From a bacterium (GTDB taxonomy: Bacteria; Armatimonadota; HRBIN16): DNA of 32,269 bases. Under the pieces are notes generated by a model. The model was not told the DNA's origin. It ran no database searches and worked only from the letters and a program-made list of their open reading frames with translations. Each line of letters starts with the position of its first letter. The first letter of the stretch is position 1. Of the stretch, positions 15,361 to 24,560 are shown piece after piece. Made by a program: the position numbers and the translations under genes. The stretch covers positions 1 to 32,269 of the forward strand of contig JANWXG010000004.1 in NCBI GenBank assembly GCA_025057335.1, in the 5' to 3' direction.

Positions 15361-15840
15361 GAGATGCTTCGCTCACGCTCAGCATGACATCAAGCGTCCT
15401 CCTGAAGTCCCCGTTGTTTGTCCAGGGGAAGCACTGACGTGCTTCACTACCAGCTGAAGAGTGCGTTGTGTGCGCTCGGGTGCAAGGGCGCGCCATGCTG
15501 GTAGTGGCGCACTGACGTGCGCCGCTGTCATCCTGAGCGGAGCGGAGAATCTCGTGCTCCTTTCGCGGTCGCTCGGCATGACACACATCTGTCACGCGCC
15601 CCCAGCAGGCTGGGAGCCTGCACTACAGGCGGGAACGCTCGTAGTGCGCACTTCAGTGCGCCGTTGCATCTCGGCGAGAGCCTCGTCTGTCAGTCTGTGT
15701 CGTGAAATCCTTTCCTCTCCTATCCCCTCTCCTGTTGAGAGAGGGGAGGGGGGTAGGGCCAGGATGACAAACAGGCTCGGTGGAAGCCTCGCCCTTCAAA
15801 CTGGTGGTTTTTCCCGAAAGGCGAACCTCTCGGTTGAGCC
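15361..15840. repeat. Mosaic cluster of several REP-like palindrome families
   Basis: TGTCATCCTGAGC family at 15361-15389 (half) and 15526-15583; GTAG-footed hairpins at 15428-15450, 15501-15523, 15605-15626 and 15641-15661; CCCCTCTCC...GAGAGGGG at 15724-15758; GGCTCGG..AGCCTCGCCCT type at 15774-15798 and 15816-15840. Confidence 0.85.
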
Positions 15841-15884
15841 GCAAACAGCCTCACTTTTTTCTCATGGAACAGGGCGGTAGCGGT

Positions 15885-16445
15885 TTACCGACGCGCGAGA
15901 TGCTGCATCCACCATAGGGCAATCAGGTCATACAGCGTGTGCGCCACACAACTACCCCATAAGTTGCCAGTGAAGGCGTACAAGCTGCCTAGCAGTAGTC
16001 CGAAGGGAAGATAGAACAGCATCATCTTGATGCCGTCGCTATCCCAGCGCAGCACATGCACCACTGCAAACAGCAGCGAAGCCAACCAGATGCCCGACAC
16101 AGGCTGTAGCACACCGCGAAACAACACTTCCTCCCCAAACCCCGCCACGACCGCTAGCAGAACCATCTCCCGCAGGCGGATGGTCGCAAATAGCGGCGCG
16201 ATCTGCAACATCCATCTTTTCAGAAACGCCCATGCAGCCCAGCGTTCGGAGGCGAACGCCCCAGCCAAAGCAAGAGCTAACATCAGCAACGCAAGCAGCG
16301 CTCCCAGCGCAGTGTCGCGCCAGGTGGGATAGAGGTATTCTGACCAGCTCTCCTTCTGTATGTACGCACGCACTGCCAGCAAGCCGAAGCCTGTCGCTGC
16401 TAGCGCGCTCTCCAGCCAGAAGAGCGTGAAGACAAGACGTCGCAT
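15885..16445 (-). CDS. CPBP (CAAX/Abi) family intramembrane metalloprotease
   Basis: EEVLFRG, FAVVH and HTLYD motifs; multiple hydrophobic helices. Confidence 0.9.
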   Translation of the reverse strand: MRRLVFTLFWLESALAATGFGLLAVRAYIQKESWSEYLYPTWRDTALGALLALLMLALALAGAFASERWAAWAFLKRWMLQIAPLFATIRLREMVLLAVVAGFGEEVLFRGVLQPVSGIWLASLLFAVVHVLRWDSDGIKMMLFYLPFGLLLGSLYAFTGNLWGSCVAHTLYDLIALWWMQHLARR

Positions 16446-16469
16446 CCACTGCCCCCCTCATCCGTACGC

Positions 16470-16535
16470 AGTATAACCCAAAGTGAAATCGAAGGTCAAA
16501 CCGCGTTGATTTTTGCCCACAATTCCCCGTATACT
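16470..16535. promoter_or_regulatory. Back-to-back divergent sigma70 promoters
   Basis: Minus: TTGACC(16499-16494)-N18-TATACT(16475-16470). Plus: TTGATT(16506-16511)-N18-TATACT(16530-16535). Confidence 0.6.
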
Positions 16536-16596
16536 ACTAGCAGGTGGCGCAGCTGCCGACAATAGGAACAAAGACACTGTAGAAAGGATGTCGCGA

Positions 16597-17211
16597 ATGA
16601 ATAGATGGCTGTGGGTTCTTGGCATCGGATGCGTGCTGGTGGCATCGGCACAGGCGCAGCCCTTGCCACCAGAGGTGCAACGGCGCGTAGACACCATCTT
16701 CAGCAAGATGGTAGACCGCTGGATTGTGCAGATAGATCGCTGGTGGCATGATGGGCAACATGAGCACCTGATTAACATGACCTATTTCCTCATCTCCGTA
16801 GACCCCCATCACATCGAGGCGTACGAGAACGCTGGGTGGCTGCTGTGGAGCTCTAATCGGGACGATGAGGCAGTGGCGCTATACGAGCGCGGCATACGCA
16901 ATAACCCCGATGCCTACGACATGTACTACGAGCTGGGGCAGTACTACTACCTGCGCAAGAAGGACTACGCGAAAGCAAGGGAGTATCTGGAACGAGCAAT
17001 ACAGTATCCTTGCCAGTGGTTCGTGTGGAACACGTTGGGGCATGTGTATGCACGTCTGGGTGAGCGACAGAAAGCCATAGAGACGTGGCAGGAGCTGCTG
17101 CGTCGCTTCCCGATGATGCCCCTCAACCAGATGGAAGCGGTGCGCAAGAACCTACGTGACCTGATGACTCGTGAGGAGACGCCAGCGACGGGGGAGAGCG
17201 GGCAGCCATGA
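16597..17211 (+). CDS. Exported tetratricopeptide repeat protein
   Basis: Signal peptide MNRWLWVLGIGCVLVASAQA; TPR patterns AYENAGWLL..EAVALYERGIRNNP, YYELGQYY..KAREYLERA and WNTLGHVYARLGERQKAIETW. RBS AAAGGA-N8. Confidence 0.85.
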   Translation: MNRWLWVLGIGCVLVASAQAQPLPPEVQRRVDTIFSKMVDRWIVQIDRWWHDGQHEHLINMTYFLISVDPHHIEAYENAGWLLWSSNRDDEAVALYERGIRNNPDAYDMYYELGQYYYLRKKDYAKAREYLERAIQYPCQWFVWNTLGHVYARLGERQKAIETWQELLRRFPMMPLNQMEAVRKNLRDLMTREETPATGESGQP

Positions 17212-17468
17212 TTGGCATCGTGGACCTGCTGTTACAACTGCTCACGTGGGCGATTCTGGCGGACGTTATCCTGTCGTGGCTGATGTACGCCAATGTGGTG
17301 AAGTGGAGCCCCTGGCACCCAGTGCCGCGCACGTTGAACCGCATCACTTCGCCGATACTGGACCCGATTCGCAAGCTGATGCCCCCGTGGCGATATGGGT
17401 TGGATTTCAGCCCGTTTGTGGCGCTGGTGGTCATCCAGATTGTCCGTCAGGTGTTATGGCGGTTATAG
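17208..17468 (+). CDS. yggT: YggT family membrane protein
   Basis: ILSW...LNRITSPILDPIRKLMP...GLDFSPFVA. Confidence 0.92.
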   Translation: MIGIVDLLLQLLTWAILADVILSWLMYANVVKWSPWHPVPRTLNRITSPILDPIRKLMPPWRYGLDFSPFVALVVIQIVRQVLWRL

Positions 17469-17470
17469 CA

Positions 17471-18001
17471 ATGGGCACACCGGTTCGGTTGACGCCGATA
17501 GACATCACCAACAAGCGCTTCCGTCGCGCCCTACGTGGCTACCGTCCCAGTGAAGTGGATGAGTTTCTGGCGGAGGTCGGAGCCGACTACGAAGCGGTGG
17601 TGGTGGAGAACGCTCATCTTCGTGAGCAGTTGGCGCAAGCGCAACAGGAGCTGGAGCGGTATCGTGCCATCGAGACGACGTTGAAGGAAGCGTTGGTGCT
17701 GGCGCAGCGCACTGCTGATGAATTGCGCGCCAGTGCGCACCGTGAAGTGGAAGCGATGCGTGTCCAGGCGGAGCTGCAGGTTCGACAGCAGATGGAGCAG
17801 TACCAGAAGGCGATCGAGGACCTGCGTTTGGCGCGACAGCGCTTCGCCATAGAGCTGCGAACCACTCTGCGCGGGATGCTGGAGTTCGTAGAGCAACATC
17901 TTGCCACTGTTCCTGCGGAGAACGCCCCACCGCAGGAACCGACGCAGAGCGACTCGGAGCCATCAGAGCCGGAGAGTCCGCATGTGGAACAACCCGCCTG
18001 A
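17471..18001 (+). CDS. divIVA: DivIVA domain protein
   Basis: LTPIDITNKRFRRALRGYRPSEVDEFL followed by coiled coil (LVLAQRTADE). Start at ATG 17471, 2 nt after the yggT stop. Confidence 0.92.
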   Translation: MGTPVRLTPIDITNKRFRRALRGYRPSEVDEFLAEVGADYEAVVVENAHLREQLAQAQQELERYRAIETTLKEALVLAQRTADELRASAHREVEAMRVQAELQVRQQMEQYQKAIEDLRLARQRFAIELRTTLRGMLEFVEQHLATVPAENAPPQEPTQSDSEPSEPESPHVEQPA

Positions 18002-19427
18002 AGTGACGGAACAGCCGTCGCGATCTGGCAACGCGGCGCTGGGAGCGGCTTTGCTGCTGTTTGTAATAATTGTGCTGTCCAACCTGCTGATGCTGCGCCC
18101 CCGTCTGAGTGACCGCCTCGACGCCTGGTCTACCCGCGTGATGCAGGCAGAGTATGTGGCACGCATGTTGTATGGCACCGTCTTGCCCTTTGGGGAGGCG
18201 GATGCAACCGCCTGGGAAGACACGGTCAAGTTGCTATCGACTAAAGATGCCCCGCTTGGCGCACTGGTGCGTGCCGTCATTCTGTTGGAGGAACGCTCTA
18301 CTATGCTGGGGCAGCCTCCTACACGCGGGCGGTTGGAGGTGCTGCTGAAACGGATGCCTGCCGCGCCCACACAATGGAGCCCCGACCAGAAGCAGGCGGT
18401 ATTGCTCTGGTGTCAGGCGGTATACGGCGAGCGCCGACGTCTCTCGCCAGAGGAGCAGGAGCGGTTTCGCCGTACGATTGAGGAGCTTCCTCTTGGCTGG
18501 ATGCGCTGGCTAGCGCTGAAGCATCTGGCGACTGCAGCAGGCGACACTGCCGCTGCCCGTCGATGGGAGGCGCGCGCCCGCGAGGGGGCGAACCGCCTCC
18601 AGCGTACCTTGCTCATCGCTTTTGGTGTGGTCGCGGTGCTGATGCTGACAGGGGTCTCCACCTGGGTCACTTATGCGGTATGGAAGAGCACAGTGCGCAC
18701 TGTCCAACCTATTGCCCCCGCGTTGCCCGCTCATCATATCGGAACTGTCACCTGGGGGCTGGTGGTGTACCTCGCCGCCATGTATTTAGGCGGAACAGTG
18801 GCAGGGCTCTTCGCGCATGGGTTGCCAGCTGGCTCGCCTCTGCTCATCGTGCTAGTATGGCTGGTGCAGCTGGTCACGGGCGGGGTGGCTATCGGATGGT
18901 TGCACTGGCAGATGAAGCGGGCGGGTATCAGCTGGCGTGAAGTAGGCTGGAACTGGACCCCCTTGGCACAGCATCTCGCCTGGGGCACGGCAGCTTACGT
19001 CGCAATGATTCCTGTGCTCCTGCTGACGGTAGTGCTCGTGCAGGTGCTCCTGCCCGAGATTCCAAGCCCAGCGCATCCGATTGCAGGGGTAGCGTTGTCG
19101 GACAATCCGCCCTGGGTGACCCTGCTGCTGTTCCTGATGGCAGCGGTGTTTGCGCCGCTCTTCGAGGAGGTTTTCTTTCGCGGGGTGCTGCTGAGTGCCT
19201 TGTGGAGGCAGACGGGCAACCGATGGGTGGGCATCATCGGCTCTGCGCTCTTCTTCTCCGTGCTACACCCGCAGATGTACTTCGGGTGGATTGTTATCTT
19301 TGTGGTGGGCGTGATGTTGGGAGCGCTGTTTGTGGAGCGAGGAAGCCTGCTGCCCTGCATCTGGATGCACGCGCTGAACAACGCCGCCGCGCTATTGGTA
19401 GTGCAGTTGTTGAGGGGGCTAGGGTAG
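17982..19427 (+). CDS. CPBP family intramembrane metalloprotease with long N-terminal extramembrane domain
   Basis: C-terminal APLFEEVFFRG, FSVLH and HALNN; N-terminal TM helix then about 170 aa helical soluble region. ATG 17982 follows GGAGAG. Confidence 0.88.
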   Translation: MWNNPPEVTEQPSRSGNAALGAALLLFVIIVLSNLLMLRPRLSDRLDAWSTRVMQAEYVARMLYGTVLPFGEADATAWEDTVKLLSTKDAPLGALVRAVILLEERSTMLGQPPTRGRLEVLLKRMPAAPTQWSPDQKQAVLLWCQAVYGERRRLSPEEQERFRRTIEELPLGWMRWLALKHLATAAGDTAAARRWEARAREGANRLQRTLLIAFGVVAVLMLTGVSTWVTYAVWKSTVRTVQPIAPALPAHHIGTVTWGLVVYLAAMYLGGTVAGLFAHGLPAGSPLLIVLVWLVQLVTGGVAIGWLHWQMKRAGISWREVGWNWTPLAQHLAWGTAAYVAMIPVLLLTVVLVQVLLPEIPSPAHPIAGVALSDNPPWVTLLLFLMAAVFAPLFEEVFFRGVLLSALWRQTGNRWVGIIGSALFFSVLHPQMYFGWIVIFVVGVMLGALFVERGSLLPCIWMHALNNAAALLVVQLLRGLG

Positions 19428-19472
19428 GTGCCGTGAAGCGTGGGGCGAGACTCTCCTCTCCTGCGTGAACTG

Positions 19473-19502
19473 TAGACGCTTGTTGCCTGAAGCTGCTATA
19501 AT
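19473..19502 (+). promoter_or_regulatory. sigma70 promoter of the trp operon (extended -10)
   Basis: TAGACG-N18-TATAAT with TG-C-TATAAT extended -10, 38 nt before the trpE ATG; RBS GGAGG. Confidence 0.7.
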
Positions 19503-19540
19503 AACGCTACTATCCCTGAGCTGATTGGAGGCAAGCACGC

Positions 19541-21022
19541 ATGTACTCGCCCTCGCGAGAGGAGTTCCATCGGCTGGCACAGCAAAGCAATCTGGTACCT
19601 GTTTATCGCGAGATTCTGGCTGACATGGAAACGCCGGTGTCGGCGTTCCGTAAAGTCGCGCGAGGGAGGTACTCGTTTCTGCTGGAGAGCGTCGCGGGCG
19701 GCGAGCGCATCGCACGCTACTCCTTCTTGGGGACCGAACCTGCCCTTGTATTCCGCAGTAAGGGGCGCGAGATACGCCTGTTGCGTCAAGGCGAAGTGAC
19801 AAGGGAAACGCTTCCGCCCGGACAGGACCCGCTACATCGCCTCAAGAGTCTGCTCAGCCCCTACCGAATAGCATTGCCTGCGGAGCTGCCTCGCTTCGTC
19901 GGTGGTCTAGTGGGCTACATTGCCTACGACATGGTGCGCTTCTTCGAGCGGTTGCCCGAAGATACGGTAGATGACTTGCAGGTGGACGACAGTTGCTTTT
20001 TGCTCGCGGACTCCTTGCTGATTTTTGACCATGTGCGTCATCGTATTATCGCTTTGAGCAACGCGCACGTGCAGGGCGACGTGGACCGAGCGTACAACGA
20101 GGCATGCGCACGGGTGGAGGAGCTTATTGAAAGGTTACGCGCGCCATTACCTCCCGCGCCGAAACGCCCTGCACGGCAGACCCCTGTGGTGTTCACACCG
20201 AACCAGAGCCCAGAGCAATACCAACAGGCAGTAGTGCGCACGAAGGAGTACATTGCGGCGGGTGACGGCACGCAGATGGTGCTCTCCCAACGGTGGCAGG
20301 CTTCTATCCAAGCACACCCGTTCGACGTGTATCGCGCCCTGCGCTCGCTCAACCCGTCGCCGTATATGTTCTATCTGGAGCTGGACGATGTGGTGCTGGC
20401 AGGGGCGTCTCCCGAGATTCTGGTCACGGTGGAGAAGCGGATCGCCACTACGCGCCCCATTGCAGGCACACGCCCTCGCGGTAGGACGCCGGAAGAGGAC
20501 AGAAAGCTGGCACAGGAGCTGTTGGCGGATGAGAAGGAGCGCGCCGAACACGTGATGCTAGTGGACCTAGGACGCAACGACTTGGGACGTGTCTGCGCCT
20601 ACGGTACCGTGCACGTGGAGGAGCTCATGACCATCGAGCAGTATTCGCACGTCATCCATATCGTCTCGGACGTGAAGGGTAGGCTGGCGCCCGACAAAGA
20701 TGCCTTTGACGCCCTGCGTGCCTGTTTTCCTGCGGGCACGGTGTCGGGCGCGCCGAAGGTGCGGGCGATGGAGATTATCGAGGAGCTAGAGCCAACCCGA
20801 AGGGGCATCTATGCTGGCGCGGTCGGCTACTTCAGCTTCAGCGGGGACATGGACACCTGTATCGCTATCCGCACCATCGTGATGAAGGACGGCGTGGCTT
20901 ACATTCAGGCAGGCGCGGGTATCGTTGCGGACTCGGTGCCCGAACGGGAGCACCAGGAGTGTTTGAACAAAGCACGTGCGCTGATGCGCGCGGTCGAGAT
21001 GGCAGAAGCTGGTCTGGAGTGA
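19541..21022 (+). CDS. trpE: Anthranilate synthase component I
   Basis: [65 protein letters not shown] and CIAIRT. Confidence 0.96.
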   Translation: MYSPSREEFHRLAQQSNLVPVYREILADMETPVSAFRKVARGRYSFLLESVAGGERIARYSFLGTEPALVFRSKGREIRLLRQGEVTRETLPPGQDPLHRLKSLLSPYRIALPAELPRFVGGLVGYIAYDMVRFFERLPEDTVDDLQVDDSCFLLADSLLIFDHVRHRIIALSNAHVQGDVDRAYNEACARVEELIERLRAPLPPAPKRPARQTPVVFTPNQSPEQYQQAVVRTKEYIAAGDGTQMVLSQRWQASIQAHPFDVYRALRSLNPSPYMFYLELDDVVLAGASPEILVTVEKRIATTRPIAGTRPRGRTPEEDRKLAQELLADEKERAEHVMLVDLGRNDLGRVCAYGTVHVEELMTIEQYSHVIHIVSDVKGRLAPDKDAFDALRACFPAGTVSGAPKVRAMEIIEELEPTRRGIYAGAVGYFSFSGDMDTCIAIRTIVMKDGVAYIQAGAGIVADSVPEREHQECLNKARALMRAVEMAEAGLE

Positions 21023-21030
21023 GGTGGGCG

Positions 21031-21603
21031 ATGCTACTGATTATCGATAACTACGATAGCTTTACCTACAATCTGGTGCAGTATTTCGGCGAGCTGGGAG
21101 CAGACCTGCAGGTCTACCGCAACGACGCGATTACTCTGGAGGAGATCGAGCGGCTGCAACCTGAACGCATCGTGATTTCACCCGGTCCGTGCACCCCGAA
21201 GGAGGCGGGCATTTCAGTACCGCTGATTCAGCGCTTCGCGGGGCGGATACCCATTCTGGGCGTATGCTTGGGGCACCAGTGCATCGGTGCGGCGTTCGGA
21301 GGGGAGATTGTGCGGGCACGACAGCTGATGCACGGGAAGACCTCTGCTATTTACCATGATGGCCGTGGGGTGTTTCGCTCTCTGCCGAACCCCTTCGAAG
21401 CGACCCGATACCACTCGTTGGTGATTGCTCGCGAAAGCCTACCTGACTGCCTAGAAATCTCCGCCGAGACGTATGATGGGGAGATTATGGGGGTGCGTCA
21501 TCGGGAGTTCGCTATCGAGGGTGTCCAATTTCATCCCGAATCGATCTTAACGCAGCCGGGTAAAGACTTGCTGCGCAACTTCTTGCATCTGCGTGTCGCA
21601 TAG
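21031..21603 (+). CDS. trpG: Anthranilate/aminodeoxychorismate synthase component II (glutamine amidotransferase)
   Basis: [32 protein letters not shown] and QFHPES. Start at ATG 21031. Confidence 0.95.
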   Translation: MLLIIDNYDSFTYNLVQYFGELGADLQVYRNDAITLEEIERLQPERIVISPGPCTPKEAGISVPLIQRFAGRIPILGVCLGHQCIGAAFGGEIVRARQLMHGKTSAIYHDGRGVFRSLPNPFEATRYHSLVIARESLPDCLEISAETYDGEIMGVRHREFAIEGVQFHPESILTQPGKDLLRNFLHLRVA

Positions 21604-21622
21604 GGGATGGGGGGGACAATAA

Positions 21623-22738
21623 ATGAATACAGATACCTTTCATCGTCGCCTGGCAATGATGCAACGGGCGATGCTGCATGAAGGGGTGGACTGCTTCGTC
21701 GCAGCGCCGTCAGTCAACATGCAGTATCTCACTGGTTTCGTCGAGCCAGCCCATGAACGCTTCATGGCGCTGCTGGTGCCCGCAGAAGGGGAGCCTGTAT
21801 TGATTGTGCCTGCACTCAGTGCAGAGAGCGCAAGGCAAGAGGCGTTCGGTGTAGGCGAGATACGGGTCTGGGAAGACCACGAAGGGGTAGACCCGATACT
21901 GCGCGAGGTCACACAAGAGATGGACCTGGCTACCGCCGTTATCGCTATTGACGAGGAACTGCCTGCACTGTTTCTGCTCAAGCTGCAACAAATTTTACCG
22001 ACCGCACTGTATCGCCCCGGTACCGAAATCTGGGCAGCGGCGCGCATTCGCAAAGACGAAGACGAGCTATGGCATATCACGCAGGCGTCGCGTTATGCGG
22101 ACAACGCGTTGGCAGCGGGACTAGCGGTGTGTGTGGCAGGCAATACGGAACGTGAGGTGGCGTGCGCCATCCAAACGGAAATAGAGGCGCAAGGAGCGGA
22201 AATGGCGTTTGGGTTGCCCATTGTCGCCGCGGGTAAGCACAGCGCCCAACCGCACTATCGCACCACCAACACTGTCATGCATCCGGGCGATGTGGTGGTC
22301 ATCGACTACGGCGCGCGCCTGAACGGCTACAACTCGGATATGACGCGCACAGTGTGCATCGGAGAAGCCACTCCCGAGGTGCAAAAGATATACAAAATTG
22401 TATACGATGCGCACTACGCCGCCCGCGCCGCTGTGAAGCCCGGGGTAACCGCCGAGTCAGTGGACGCGGCGGCACGTTCCGTCATTGAGAAGTCAGGCTA
22501 TGGTCAGTTCTTCGTGCATCGTACAGGACATGGCATTGGCTTGTCAGTGCACGAGCCACCCTACATCGTGCAGGGCAACAAGCAGGTGCTAGAAGAGGGG
22601 ATGTGTTTCAGCATCGAGCCGGGCATCTACTTGCCTGGGCAGTTCGGGGTGCGTATCGAGAACCTGGTGGTGGTAACCGCTGACGGTTGCAAGTCACTCA
22701 ACGCCGAACCTCCACCGCACATTCGCGAAATAGGATAG
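21623..22738 (+). CDS. Xaa-Pro peptidase family protein (M24B)
   Basis: Creatinase-like N-domain; DYG..GYNSDMTRT, HRTGHGIGLSVHE, FSIEPG and GVRIEN (metal ligands D, D, H, E, E). Confidence 0.93.
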   Translation: MNTDTFHRRLAMMQRAMLHEGVDCFVAAPSVNMQYLTGFVEPAHERFMALLVPAEGEPVLIVPALSAESARQEAFGVGEIRVWEDHEGVDPILREVTQEMDLATAVIAIDEELPALFLLKLQQILPTALYRPGTEIWAAARIRKDEDELWHITQASRYADNALAAGLAVCVAGNTEREVACAIQTEIEAQGAEMAFGLPIVAAGKHSAQPHYRTTNTVMHPGDVVVIDYGARLNGYNSDMTRTVCIGEATPEVQKIYKIVYDAHYAARAAVKPGVTAESVDAAARSVIEKSGYGQFFVHRTGHGIGLSVHEPPYIVQGNKQVLEEGMCFSIEPGIYLPGQFGVRIENLVVVTADGCKSLNAEPPPHIREIG

Positions 22739-22749
22739 GGAGGCAGGGT

Positions 22750-23778
22750 ATGACTGTTCAGCAAGCGATTGCGAAGCTGGTAGAGGGACAGAATCTGACG
22801 CGAGCGGAAGCTGCCTCTCTCATGGAAGCGACCATGAGCGGACAGGCAACGCCAGCACAGACCGCTGCTTGGCTGGTGGCGTTGCGCATGAAAGGGGAAA
22901 CTGCGGAGGAGATCGCCGGTTGCGCAGAGACCATGCGCCGCCACGCGGTAGCGGTGCGTCCCCAGCGCCAGGCGGAGCTCATCGATACCTGTGGCACAGG
23001 GGCAGATAAGATAAAGACCTTCAACATCTCCACAGCAGTAGCGTTCGTCGTGGCAGCGGCGGGAGTGCCCGTCGCCAAGCATGGCAACCGTGCCGTCACC
23101 AGCAAGTGTGGCAGCGCTGATGTGCTCGAGGCGCTAGGATGTCGTCTGGAGCTGTCGCCAGAGCGCATTGCACAAGCGATCGACGAAATCGGTATCGGCT
23201 TCCTGTTTGCCCGCGCACATCATCCCGCCATGAAGTACGCTGCGCCCGTGCGGCAGGAACTGGGCATCCGCACTGTGTTCAACGTACTTGGACCGCTGAC
23301 GAATCCCGCTGGTACCCGACGCCAGTTGCTCGGTGTATTCGCGCCCCAGCTCACGCGATTGCTGGCTGAGGTGCTGCGCGAAATGGGTGCAGAGCGCGCG
23401 ATGGTAGTGTACGGCGAGCCGGGGTTAGACGAGCTGTCCACTCTGGGGGAAACCCTCATCGTACACCTACAGGATGGACACCTGCGCGAGGAACGTGTGA
23501 CGCCAGAGCAGTTCGGTTTGCGCCGTGCCTCCTCCGAGGAGATTATCGCTCCACATTCTGCACAGGATTGCGCCCAAAAGTTATACAGCTTGCTGGCAGG
23601 CGAGCAAGGAGCGGCGCGCGACCTGCTCTTGTTGAACGCTGGGGCAGCGCTCGTTGTGGGTGGGAAGGCACAGCAGATCGCAGAGGGCATAGAGGTCGCT
23701 CGTGAGACCATCGACTCAGGTAGGGCACTGCACACCCTGCAACGCTACATCCAGTTCACGCAGGAGGCGGAAGCGTGA
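22750..23778 (+). CDS. trpD: Anthranilate phosphoribosyltransferase
   Basis: DTCGTGAD, FNIST, KHGNR, GSADVLEALG, RTVFNVLGPLTNP and GLDE. Start at ATG 22750. Confidence 0.97.
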   Translation: MTVQQAIAKLVEGQNLTRAEAASLMEATMSGQATPAQTAAWLVALRMKGETAEEIAGCAETMRRHAVAVRPQRQAELIDTCGTGADKIKTFNISTAVAFVVAAAGVPVAKHGNRAVTSKCGSADVLEALGCRLELSPERIAQAIDEIGIGFLFARAHHPAMKYAAPVRQELGIRTVFNVLGPLTNPAGTRRQLLGVFAPQLTRLLAEVLREMGAERAMVVYGEPGLDELSTLGETLIVHLQDGHLREERVTPEQFGLRRASSEEIIAPHSAQDCAQKLYSLLAGEQGAARDLLLLNAGAALVVGGKAQQIAEGIEVARETIDSGRALHTLQRYIQFTQEAEA

Positions 23779-24560
23779 ACATCCTGGAGACCATTCTCGC
23801 CCACAAGCGCCAAGAGGTGGCGCAGGCGGAAGCGAAAACGCCCCTCTCGGCACTGGAGGGACGGCTAGCGTCTGCACCGCCAGTGCGTTCTTTCCGTCAG
23901 GCGCTACAGCGGGGAGAGGGGCGCGTCGCGGTCATTGCAGAGGTCAAGAAAGCATCTCCCTCCAAAGGGATACTCCGTGAGAAATTTGACCCGCTGCAGA
24001 TAGCTCGTATTTACGCGCAACACGGCGCTAGCGCAATCAGCGTGCTCACCGACGAGCGATTCTTTCAGGGGCATCTGGACTACCTGCGAACCATACGAAA
24101 GGAGGTAGAGGTGCCTCTGCTTCGGAAGGATTTCGTGCTGAGCCGTTATCAGGTGGCGGAAGCGCGTGTAGCAGGAGCGGACGCGGTACTGCTCATTGTC
24201 GCAGCGCTCTCGGACGAGCAGCTGCAGGACCTCCTGCGGTATGCGCACACGCTGGGCATGGATGCGCTGGTGGAGGTGCATACGGAGGAGGAGATGCGTC
24301 GCGCCCTCGACGTCGGGGCGGTTCTGATTGGTGTTAACAACCGCGACCTGACCACTTTTCACACGACGTTGGAGGTGACCGAGAGGCTCGCTCCGCTATT
24401 ACCCCCAGGGGGTATACTTGTTAGCGAAAGCGGTATCGAAAGCGCGGAGGACGTCCGCCGTGTCGCCCGAGCGGGAGCACACGCAGTGCTGGTAGGGGAG
24501 TCGCTGATGCGAGCAGAGGACATCGGGGCGAAGCTCCGGGAACTGACGTCGGCTACCTGA
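23775..24560 (+). CDS. trpC: Indole-3-glycerol phosphate synthase
   Basis: IAEVKKASPSKG, SVLTD, LRKDF, LVEVH, GVNNRDL, SESG and LVGESLM. Confidence 0.97.
   Translation: MNILETILAHKRQEVAQAEAKTPLSALEGRLASAPPVRSFRQALQRGEGRVAVIAEVKKASPSKGILREKFDPLQIARIYAQHGASAISVLTDERFFQGHLDYLRTIRKEVEVPLLRKDFVLSRYQVAEARVAGADAVLLIVAALSDEQLQDLLRYAHTLGMDALVEVHTEEEMRRALDVGAVLIGVNNRDLTTFHTTLEVTERLAPLLPPGGILVSESGIESAEDVRRVARAGAHAVLVGESLMRAEDIGAKLRELTSAT

Noticed and set aside
15278-15880. Several small ORFs between dnaE and the CPBP gene, with peptide similarity to 29800-29988
   Set aside because: They are translations of REP DNA, and the similarity comes from the 60-bp nucleotide repeat.
16458-16778. 106-aa Cys-rich minus-strand ORF
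   Set aside because: Antisense to the TPR gene and spans the divergent promoter region.
19428-19540. trp leader peptide / T-box / TRAP site
   Set aside because: No Trp-codon leader ORF, T-box motif or triplet repeats, and the promoter is too close to trpE.
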